A DNA stretch of 64,000 bases from Myxococcota bacterium (GTDB lineage: Bacteria; Myxococcota_A; Polyangia; Polyangiales; Houyiibacteriaceae): contig JBCDFZ010000011.1 in assembly GCA_039177115.1 (NCBI GenBank), forward strand, positions 42,386-106,385, in the 5' to 3' direction. How positions within the stretch are numbered: the stretch's first letter is position 1; each line of letters starts with the position of its first letter. The translations under genes and the position numbers were made by a program. The notes beneath the pieces are model-generated. The model was not told the DNA's origin and searched no databases. It was given only the letters and a program-made list of their open reading frames with translations. Shown here one piece after another: positions 28,450 to 36,034 of the stretch.

Positions 28450-28615
28450 GCCGGAGATAGGCAGGTGGAAAAACCCCACCCGCTGAACGGGGAAGTCGGT
28501 GAGACGCCGACGCGGACCCGCCACGGTATGTGATCGAACGCTTCGCCACGATGCCACTGGGGTTTCCCTGGGAAGGCGGCGAAGCCTAGGGTCACGAGCC
28601 CGGAGACCTACCCAG
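28450..28615 (+). promoter_or_regulatory. cobalamin riboswitch 3
   Basis: gggaagtcggtgagacgccgacgcggacccGCCACGGtatgtga...gccactgggg...cctgggaaggc...gagcccggagacctaccc. The 43-nt core differs from riboswitch 2 at one position. Confidence 0.85.
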
Positions 28616-28712
28616 CGCTGTAGACACGAATCGCCTCGGGGATGGGCGGTGGATGCCGGTTTCGATCGAAAGCCGACGTTTCCGTTTCCGTACTTCCCTT
28701 AGGCAGGGAGAG

Positions 28713-30005
28713 ATGAAGATGAAACGGAATGACACATGCGCACTGGTCCTGTGCGGGATGCTTGCCGCTACGGGATGCGGCGACAGCGAGCCTCCGGGCA
28801 CCTCCGCGCTCGAACCGCTCTCTTTGGCGCCGCGCTTCGCGGTTGTGAGCTCGGATTTCTCTAGTTCCTCGATCGGAGTGTTCGACGCCGACTTTGAGCC
28901 GCTCGCCGAAAGCTGGATCAACTCTGGCACCAGCTTTCCCGGTTTGGTCGCCGCACTCTCAGGTGACGTCGTCTTGCCCAACCGACAGGCGGGGGACGGC
29001 ACGCTCGCCTTTCTCGACCGGCTTGGGACGGACGTCGCCTCGCGCTTCTTCGTCCCAAGCGGGAACCTCGACGGACAGGTGCGAACCCAGGGAGAGATCG
29101 GGGACGTGGGCTTCTCGTCGAACCCCCAGGACTTCGTCTTCGTCGATGAGACCAGCGCATGGGTAACCCGGTTTGGCGTGAACCAAGATCCGGACGCGTC
29201 GCCCGAGAACCAAGGGACAGACCTCCTGGAAATCGACCCGTCGACTATGATGCGGACGGGCGCAACGATTGATCTCTCGTCGCTCAACACGACCATCACG
29301 GTGATGACGGATGATGGGCCCTCGGAGGAGACGGTTTACGCACGGCCGAACCGCGCCGTTCTCGTGGGCACGACCTTGATCGTCGGCCTCGACCGCCTCA
29401 CCCTCGATTTCGTTGCCGGTCCCGGACTGTTCGCCGTGGTGGATCTTCTCACGCAGGACGTCGAGGGGATACCGCTCCCCGACGGGCTCGTGAACTGTGG
29501 CAACGCAACGCCGGTCCCTGACTCGCCGAACAGCGTCGTCATTGCCTGCCTCGGCCCGACCCGGAGCGAAGAGCCGGAGGTTCGAGCAGGCGCCGGAGTC
29601 GTGCTTTTGACGGTCGACGGGACCGAAGCCACGATCGGCACGACGTGGCGCGCCTCGACGGTGCCTACGTCGGGAATCGCGGTTAACCACCTGGTCGTCA
29701 TCGACGAGGATCGCGTTGCAGGGGTCGACTGGGGAGACTTCGATACCGGAGCGGGGGACGTGCTGTGGGTAACGACACTCAGCAGCGGCGCCCAGTTTGC
29801 CGTTCACGAGTCGTCGGGTGCCTTCAACATCGGAATTTCCGCGTATGACCCGAGCGGTCAGACTATCTTCGTACCCGACGCTTCCGAAGACGCGAACGCC
29901 GTATTCGAGTACGCTATCGAGAGCGACGCGGCGACTGAGATACGCACTATCGAGATCGCACCAAGCCTCGGTCTTCCGCCGCGGCGCGCCTACTATCTGG
30001 AGTAG
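28713..30005 (+). CDS. lipoprotein of unknown function, riboswitch-controlled (possible beta-propeller)
   Basis: GGGAG ribosome-binding site, then MKMKRNDTCALVLCGMLAATGC lipobox. Repeated beta-strand-like blocks: FVFVDE, LIVGLD, FAVVDL, VVLLTVDG, LVVIDED, VLWVTT, TIFVPD. Confidence 0.6.
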   Translation: MKMKRNDTCALVLCGMLAATGCGDSEPPGTSALEPLSLAPRFAVVSSDFSSSSIGVFDADFEPLAESWINSGTSFPGLVAALSGDVVLPNRQAGDGTLAFLDRLGTDVASRFFVPSGNLDGQVRTQGEIGDVGFSSNPQDFVFVDETSAWVTRFGVNQDPDASPENQGTDLLEIDPSTMMRTGATIDLSSLNTTITVMTDDGPSEETVYARPNRAVLVGTTLIVGLDRLTLDFVAGPGLFAVVDLLTQDVEGIPLPDGLVNCGNATPVPDSPNSVVIACLGPTRSEEPEVRAGAGVVLLTVDGTEATIGTTWRASTVPTSGIAVNHLVVIDEDRVAGVDWGDFDTGAGDVLWVTTLSSGAQFAVHESSGAFNIGISAYDPSGQTIFVPDASEDANAVFEYAIESDAATEIRTIEIAPSLGLPPRRAYYLE

Positions 30006-30017
30006 TTGGGAGTCGAG

Positions 30018-30155
30018 ATGGGTCGCATCGGGTTGGTTCGGGGAGGCGCACGTTCCGGAAAGAGCGCCTCCACCTTGGATGCGGCGACCCATCTCGGCGA
30101 TCGGCTTCTCACACCGGGGCCCTCGGAGGCGGTGGAGCCAGCGACATGGGGCTAG
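30018..30155 (+). pseudogene. possible 5' remnant of cobU/cobP (adenosylcobinamide kinase) P-loop
   Basis: 45-codon ORF MGRIGLVRGGARSGKSAS...WG*. GGARSGKS equals the CobU/CobP Walker-A context as recalled. The stop overlaps the cbiB start. The ORF is below the cutoff of the ORF track. Confidence 0.4.
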
Positions 30156-31063
30156 CCTTGGCGGCTGCGATCGCCATCGACCAGCTGTTCGGTGAGTGGC
30201 CCTCGCGCATCCATCCGGTCGTTTGGTTTGGGAAGGCTGCGAGCCTCGGAGAGCGGCTAGCGCCGCAGACGGGAAATCGTGCCCGACTCGTCTTCGGTGG
30301 GTTTCTGGCACTCGGGTTGCCATGTGCCGCTGCGCTGGTGACCTTCATCGCCTTGCGTTCGGTGTCAGAGTGGCCTTGGATCGAATTCGTGCTTGGCGTG
30401 TTTCTCTTGAAATCAACCTTTGCGCTTCGCGCGCTCGGCTGCGCCGCGAACAGCGTTGCCAACCCGTTGAGCGCTGCCGACCTCGATGCGGCACGCCGAG
30501 GATTGGCAAACCTCTGCAGCCGTGACCCCTCCGATCTCGGCGCTTCCGAGCTGGCTGGTGCCGCGGTGGAGTCCGTGGCGGAGAACACTTCGGACAGCTT
30601 GGTCGCGCCCGTTTTCTATGCCGCCTGCTTCGGGGTTCCTGGTGCAGTTTTCTACCGTGCAGTCAACACGCTCGACGCGATGTTCGGCTATCGCAACCCT
30701 ACTTACGAATACCTGGGCAAGGCGTCGGCGCGGCTCGACGACCTACTCAACTGGGTGCCGGCGCGTTTGACGGCGCTTCTCTTGCTCGTCGCGGGCGCGG
30801 CTCGCGGAGCCGCAGTGCCGAGCGGATGGCGAGTGCTTCGCGCGGACGGCTCGAAAACCGAGAGTCCGAACGCAGGTCGACCCATGGCCACGATGGCCGG
30901 GCTTCTCGGTGTCGAGCTCGAAAAGCGCGGAGAGTACGTCCTCGGAGCCCCCGGTGCGCCGCCGACCGGAAGCACGATTGATGATGCGTGGAAGATTGCG
31001 CGTCTCGGAGCCCTTGGTTTCGTACTCGTCGTTTGTCTCTCGTTGAGGCTTTTCCATGCATGA
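30146..31063 (+). CDS. cbiB: adenosylcobinamide-phosphate synthase CbiB/CobD
   Basis: IDQLFGEWPSRIHPVVWFG, AVESVAENTSDSLVAP, NTLDAMFGYRN and ARLDDLLNWVPARL. Confidence 0.9.
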   Translation: MGLALAAAIAIDQLFGEWPSRIHPVVWFGKAASLGERLAPQTGNRARLVFGGFLALGLPCAAALVTFIALRSVSEWPWIEFVLGVFLLKSTFALRALGCAANSVANPLSAADLDAARRGLANLCSRDPSDLGASELAGAAVESVAENTSDSLVAPVFYAACFGVPGAVFYRAVNTLDAMFGYRNPTYEYLGKASARLDDLLNWVPARLTALLLLVAGAARGAAVPSGWRVLRADGSKTESPNAGRPMATMAGLLGVELEKRGEYVLGAPGAPPTGSTIDDAWKIARLGALGFVLVVCLSLRLFHA

Positions 31064-32099
31064 CCATCGACACGGAGACGCGGCGGCCCGGCGCCTCGCG
31101 ACTTCCGTGGGAGTCGGTGCGATCGATTTCGCCGTGAGCGTCAATCCGTTCGGCCCCTGTCCCACGCTCGTGGAGGTCCTTCGCGAGGTGGACCCGTGGG
31201 CTTACCCGGATCCGCACTGCTGCGGTGCGCGCGATTCTCTCGGCGCCTACCTCGGGGTTGCTGCGGAGGGCCTCGTGCTGGGCAACGGGGCGTCGGAGCT
31301 GATCTGGACTTTTTCCAGCGTGCTGCAGGTCGGCGAGCGAAAACGGGCGCTCGTGATCGAGCCCGCGTTCAGCGAGGCGTCCGCTGCCGCAGAGGCCCAC
31401 GGCGAGCCGCCGCTCCGGTTTCGAGTCGACGATCCTGCGCTCGTCGATGCGGCAGCTTTGAAGACCGCTATCGAGCAGGCGAACCCCTCATACGTCTACC
31501 TCGCCAACCCGACGAGTCCCTGGGGGCGAACCTGGGATCCCGACCTTCTTACGGAGCTGATCGAGTCTACTCAGCCGGTATCCTGGATCGTCGACGAGTC
31601 GTTTCTGTCGCTGAGCTCCGCTCATCGAGACGGAAGCGAGCCGCTTCCGGCATCGGCAATCCGGTTGCGCTCTCTCGGTAAGGAGCTTGGGCTGGCGGGG
31701 GTGCGGGTTGCCTATGCCACGGTGGACCCTGCGCTCGGTAATCGGGTTCGAGCCTCTCGAGCACCCTGGACGGTGAACGCCTATGCGCTTGCTGTCGTCG
31801 ACGCGATTGGAGAGTCCCGCCAATGGGTCGACGACAGTCGCGACACGCTTCTCGGCCTGACTGAACGGCTTCGGCAGATGCTCGAATCCGAAGGCCTTCG
31901 TCTCGAGCTCTCGCAGGCCGTCTACGGTGTGGTGCGCGTCGGCGATGCCCGCTCAGTCGCCGACCGTCTCCTGTTTGGACACCAAATCGCGGTGCGCGAC
32001 TGCACTTCGTTCGGGATGCCGGAACACATTCGCGTCTGCGCACGACCCGAGGCAGACCTTGAGCGATTGGTCACGGCGGTCGCGGAGGTGTGTCGGTGA
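31056..32099 (+). CDS. cobD: threonine-phosphate decarboxylase (CobD/CobC; class I/II aminotransferase fold)
   Basis: IDFAVSVNPFGP, YLANPTSPWG and SLGKELGLAGVRVAY (PLP Lys). Overlaps cbiB and cobQ. Confidence 0.8.
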   Translation: MHDHRHGDAAARRLATSVGVGAIDFAVSVNPFGPCPTLVEVLREVDPWAYPDPHCCGARDSLGAYLGVAAEGLVLGNGASELIWTFSSVLQVGERKRALVIEPAFSEASAAAEAHGEPPLRFRVDDPALVDAAALKTAIEQANPSYVYLANPTSPWGRTWDPDLLTELIESTQPVSWIVDESFLSLSSAHRDGSEPLPASAIRLRSLGKELGLAGVRVAYATVDPALGNRVRASRAPWTVNAYALAVVDAIGESRQWVDDSRDTLLGLTERLRQMLESEGLRLELSQAVYGVVRVGDARSVADRLLFGHQIAVRDCTSFGMPEHIRVCARPEADLERLVTAVAEVCR

Positions 32100-33610
32100 C
32101 CGCGCGTACGCTGATGGTCCAAGGGACCGCCTCCTCCGTGGGGAAGAGCCTCATCGTGGCTGCGCTCTGCCGGATTTTTCGAGACCGTGGGTTTCGGGTC
32201 GCTCCTTTCAAATCCCAGAACATGGCGCTCAACTCCGCGGTGACGCCGGAGGGCCGGGAGATCGGTCGGGCGCAGGCCGTTCAGGCGCGCGCTGCGGGGA
32301 TCGCACCTTCGGTGCACATGAACCCGATCCTGCTCAAGCCCGAAACCGATATGCGGGCGCAGGTCGTCCTGCACGGAAAGCCAATCGGAAGCATGCGCTT
32401 CGGCGAATACCACCAACGCCGTCCGAGCCTCGTGACTGCGATCGAGGAGAGCCTGTCCGTGCTTCGGAGTGAGTACGACATCGTCGTGATCGAAGGGGCG
32501 GGCAGCCCGGCAGAGATCAATCTCAAGGACCGCGACATCGTCAATGGCTTCATTGCGGAGCTTGCGGACGCGCCTGTTCTCTTAGTGGGGGACATCGATC
32601 GCGGTGGCGTCTTCGCGTCGCTCTATGGGACGGTTGCCCTGCTCGACGAGGCGGAGCGCGCGCGGATTGCGGGTTTCGTCATCAACAAGTTCCGCGGCGA
32701 CTACGAGATTCTCGCGCCCGCGCTGCCCATGATCGAATCGAGGCTCGGTCTTCCCGTGCTCGGCGTGGTCCCCCTCATCCAGGACCTTCGGCTACCCGAG
32801 GAGGATGGGATGGCGTTGGCCGAATGGCGTTCGGCACGCTCCGAGTCCGACCGTCTCGAGATTGCGGTCGCCGCTTTCCCCCATCTCTCGAACTTCGACG
32901 ATTTTCTTCCGCTCCAGCGAGACCCGAGGATGCACGTGCGCTGGGTGGAAACACCTCGGGACATCCTCCGCGCGGACCTCGCGGTTCTCCCTGGCACGAA
33001 GTCGACGGTGAGCGACCTTCGCTGGCTTCGGGAGAAAGGGCTCGACCGGGCGATTGTCGCCCGCGCGGACGTCGGCATGCCGGTCCTCGGGATCTGCGGC
33101 GGGTGTCAGATGCTCGGGACGTCGATCGAAGACCCAAACCGGGTCGAAAGCGAGGCTACCCGCACTGAGGGTCTAGGCCTCCTCTCACTTCGAACTCGCT
33201 TCGACGAGGGCAAGGTGACCGAGCGGGTTCGAGCGATCAGCGCACCGTCGTTCCTCGCGCCCGCCGGGATCGAGGTCGACGGCTACTTCATCCACATGGG
33301 GCGCGTCTCCCGCGAGGCTGGCACGACAGCGTTCGAGCGGGACGGACGCGGCGAAGGGGCGGTGGCCGATTCGGGAGTCGTCCTCGGAACGATGATTCAT
33401 GGCCTCTTCGAGGCGCCACAGATGGTTGACTCGCTGGCTCGTTCGCTTCTCGAGGGGGCGGGACTCCAAGATTCCGCGCCTGCTCGCCCCGGGGCCGAAG
33501 AGGAGTACGATCGCCTTGCACGAACGGTCCGCGAATCAGTCGACATGGACCGAGTGATGGAAATCCTCGGGCCGGTGACGGGCCCACCCAGTGACAAAAC
33601 GAGGCATTGA
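32090..33610 (+). CDS. cobQ: cobyric acid synthase CobQ/CbiP
   Basis: MVQGTASSVGKSLIVAALCR, FKSQNMALNS, EGAGSPAEINL and the GATase part LGICGGCQMLG. Confidence 0.9.
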   Translation: MSVTARTLMVQGTASSVGKSLIVAALCRIFRDRGFRVAPFKSQNMALNSAVTPEGREIGRAQAVQARAAGIAPSVHMNPILLKPETDMRAQVVLHGKPIGSMRFGEYHQRRPSLVTAIEESLSVLRSEYDIVVIEGAGSPAEINLKDRDIVNGFIAELADAPVLLVGDIDRGGVFASLYGTVALLDEAERARIAGFVINKFRGDYEILAPALPMIESRLGLPVLGVVPLIQDLRLPEEDGMALAEWRSARSESDRLEIAVAAFPHLSNFDDFLPLQRDPRMHVRWVETPRDILRADLAVLPGTKSTVSDLRWLREKGLDRAIVARADVGMPVLGICGGCQMLGTSIEDPNRVESEATRTEGLGLLSLRTRFDEGKVTERVRAISAPSFLAPAGIEVDGYFIHMGRVSREAGTTAFERDGRGEGAVADSGVVLGTMIHGLFEAPQMVDSLARSLLEGAGLQDSAPARPGAEEEYDRLARTVRESVDMDRVMEILGPVTGPPSDKTRH

Positions 33611-34235
33611 CGTGACCACCGACGATGAAAAGAACGCAGCCCATCGAGAGCGCATGAAGGCCGTCAAAAAGGAGCAAGATGCCGAGGTGCGGTCCAAGGA
33701 GATCCGTCGCGGAATCGTTTTGGTGAACACGGGCGACGGAAAAGGGAAATCAACGGCTGCCTTCGGGCTTGCGATCCGCGCAGCGGGACACGGGCAGCGC
33801 GTTGGGTTGGTGCAGTTTATCAAGGGCACGTGGAAGACGGGCGAGAAACGAGCGCTGCAGCGGTTTCCGGAGATCGAGCACGTCGTCTCGGGGGACGGCT
33901 TCACCTGGAACACCCAGGACCGTGAAAAAGATATCGCGAGCGTTCGGCGCGGCTGGGAGGTCGCCCTCAAGATGATCGAGGAAAGTCGAGGGCCCGACCC
34001 GAAATACAGCGTCATCGTGCTCGACGAGCTCAACGTCGCGATCGGCATGGGCTACTTGCCGGTCGAGGAGGTCGTCGATGCGCTGGCGAACAAGCCCGAT
34101 GAGCTCACGATCTGCGTCACCGGGCGAGGAGCCAAGCCGGAGCTGATCGAGGTGGCGGACACCGTCTCGGAGATGCGCCCGATCAAGCATGCGTACCAGG
34201 CGGGGATCAAGGCGCGGCGCGGGGTCGAGTTCTGA
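33591..34235 (+). CDS. cobO: cob(I)yrinic acid a,c-diamide adenosyltransferase CobO/BtuR
   Basis: VNTGDGKGKSTAAFGLAIRAAGHG, VQFIKG, LDELN and ITGR-type VTGRGA. An alternative GTG start is at 33612. Confidence 0.9.
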   Translation: MTKRGIDVTTDDEKNAAHRERMKAVKKEQDAEVRSKEIRRGIVLVNTGDGKGKSTAAFGLAIRAAGHGQRVGLVQFIKGTWKTGEKRALQRFPEIEHVVSGDGFTWNTQDREKDIASVRRGWEVALKMIEESRGPDPKYSVIVLDELNVAIGMGYLPVEEVVDALANKPDELTICVTGRGAKPELIEVADTVSEMRPIKHAYQAGIKARRGVEF

Positions 34236-34266
34236 TCGGCTTCGTGGTTCTCACGCCGCACGAAGA

Positions 34267-34716
34267 CTAGTCACTCGCACAGGCTGCGCAACGGCCGCGC
34301 AACTGGATCTCTGCGACTTCGTTGCGGGTGGCCTCCGCTCGCAGGGCAACGGCACTTCTCGGGAGGCACGTGACCTCGCCGCAATCGTTGCACACGAAGT
34401 GTGGGTGGGCGTTGTGCTCACTCGACTCCGCGCTCGGGAGTTCGAAGCGCGAAACGTTGTCGCCGAGGTGCGTCCTCACGAGCAATCCTGCCTCGGTGAG
34501 GGAGAGGAGGTTACGATAGATAGTGGCTCGATCGAGTCCCGGCCCCGCGAGCCGCTCGGTCAGCTCGGGGTGGCTCGTTGGGATGCGCAGCTTGGAAAGC
34601 GCGTGGAGGATGGCGAGGCGCTGCCCCGTCACGCGGATGCCGTTGTCCACCAGCAGCTGGCGCAGGTCGTCCTGACGATGGCGAGGCTTGCGAGACATCT
34701 GAGCCACCATTTTCAC
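34267..34716 (-). CDS. second Fur-family metalloregulator (paralog of 11999..12448)
   Basis: QRLAILHAL ... ATIYRNLLSLTEAGL ... HFVCNDCGEVTC ... GRCAAC. Downstream of, and probably co-transcribed with, the DsrE-like gene. Confidence 0.8.
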   Translation of the reverse strand: MKMVAQMSRKPRHRQDDLRQLLVDNGIRVTGQRLAILHALSKLRIPTSHPELTERLAGPGLDRATIYRNLLSLTEAGLLVRTHLGDNVSRFELPSAESSEHNAHPHFVCNDCGEVTCLPRSAVALRAEATRNEVAEIQLRGRCAACASD

Positions 34717-34783
34717 GCGTCCCTCTCATCGCCGCAAGCATCTTCGCTGGTGGCGAGGAGGGGGCCGACGAACGGGTCGGCGG

Positions 34784-35161
34784 CTACAGCGTGATGACGA
34801 AGTCGGGAGGACTCGGGCCGAGCGCACCGTAGAGCTGCGGGAAGCAGCCCGCCGAGACTCCCTCGACCGTCCCCTTTGCCGCGACTTCCCCTTTGCCGCA
34901 CTGCTCGAGCGTCCCCTCGGCCAGGTTCCGGCGAACCGCGCACTGGTCGCACATCATCAGCAAGATTCCCTGCTCTTTCGCGACTTTCGCCAAGCGCTCC
35001 CCAACGGGGTCGCCCGCCCGAAGGACGAAGGTATTGTCGTCGAAGAAGAACATGCCCACGACCTCCGCGCCGTGGTTGCCCTCTTCCAGCTGCGGGAGAA
35101 TCATGGTCGCCAACTGGAACGTGGAAGCCATGTTCGAGCGGAATATATACGCAACCTTCAA
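34784..35161 (-). CDS. DsrE/TusD-like family protein
   Basis: I prefer the TTG start at 35161 because a strong AAGGAGG ribosome-binding site lies 5 nt upstream. The long ORF reaches 35212. VAYIFRS...GMFFFDDN...LMMCDQCAV resembles the DsrE-like fold. Confidence 0.55.
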   Translation of the reverse strand: MKVAYIFRSNMASTFQLATMILPQLEEGNHGAEVVGMFFFDDNTFVLRAGDPVGERLAKVAKEQGILLMMCDQCAVRRNLAEGTLEQCGKGEVAAKGTVEGVSAGCFPQLYGALGPSPPDFVITL

Positions 35162-35226
35162 GGTTTCCTCCTTACGTCTCTTTCTTGATTGAACCGGAGA
35201 CTTGGCTAGCATTCGGCGGTTCTACA

Positions 35227-35241
35227 TGCAATTCAGTTGCA
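35227..35241. promoter_or_regulatory. operator-like palindrome, site d (aTGCAAttcagTTGCAt, perfect)
   Basis: Lies between the divergent DsrE-like/fur2 operon and the MerC-like gene. Confidence 0.65.
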
Positions 35242-35351
35242 TCTGACGTTCTGCTTACGTCACCCCGAACGATTGCGATGTCGGAACGACACGTCACCAA
35301 ACACAAGCGAACAGGTTGCATGGCTGTGCGATGCTGGTTTGCGGAGGCCCC

Positions 35352-35852
35352 ATGCGTCTAAAGGTCGAACATCATGGTCATGCGTGCGACTGCACGGCTC
35401 ACCGCGCTTCCGAGGCGGCCACCGGTAAGGCGGGCCTATGGTCCGCGGTCCTGCCGGTGCTGGCCTGCGCTGTCTGCCCTGCATGTCTCACGATGTACGC
35501 AAAGCTGTTCTCAGTGCTCGGCGTGGGTGTCGGCCTCGACGATTTCCACCATCTAATGCTCCTCGTGGTCGCGATCGGTGCGTCGAACGGGCTGAGCGCA
35601 TGGATTTCGTGGCGGACACGGCGCGTTTGGCCGATCGCCATCGCGCTCACGGGCTCGGCCCTCGTCATGATCGGGCACTTCGGTGGCGACCTTCACGTCG
35701 TCGAGTGGGCGGGGTTCCTCATATTGCTCGGCGGTGGCCTTGGCGAGCACTTCCGACTGCGCCGGGCAGCTCGGCGGGCTTCGTCGTCGGCACCGCATCC
35801 GCATCCGCACGCCGCACCCGCGTCGCACGATGCGGTCTCTCCGCGTCTGTAA
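35352..35852 (+). CDS. MerC-like metal-transport membrane protein with His/Cys-rich termini
   Basis: GGAGG ribosome-binding site, then MRLKVEHHGHACDC. TM1 carries LACAVCPAC (compare MerC CAACFPA). About four TM segments. Tail HPHPHAAPASHD. Confidence 0.55.
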   Translation: MRLKVEHHGHACDCTAHRASEAATGKAGLWSAVLPVLACAVCPACLTMYAKLFSVLGVGVGLDDFHHLMLLVVAIGASNGLSAWISWRTRRVWPIAIALTGSALVMIGHFGGDLHVVEWAGFLILLGGGLGEHFRLRRAARRASSSAPHPHPHAAPASHDAVSPRL

Positions 35853-35890
35853 AGGACGCCCGGGTCGGCCGATCGGCACTTTGAACGCAA

Positions 35891-35905
35891 TGCAACTGAG
35901 TTGCA
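35891..35905. promoter_or_regulatory. operator-like palindrome, site e (aTGCAActgagTTGCAg, perfect)
   Basis: Lies 130 bp upstream of the metallophosphoesterase ATG at 36035. Confidence 0.6.
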
Positions 35906-36034
35906 GACCCTACCCAAACGGGGTAGGGACGCCTCGATGTGGGCCCAGCTTCTCCCTTCATCGTATTCGGCCGCCTGGCGCTTGCGGCTGAACACTGCCT
36001 CCGCAGGTGATCGCGTCGAGGAGGTGATCGCCCG

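Noticed and set aside
28959-30323. 454-aa ORF antisense to the riboswitch-3 lipoprotein and the cbiB start
   Set aside because: It has no motifs or ribosome-binding site, and it would run against an operon with riboswitch, RBS and lipobox on the plus strand.
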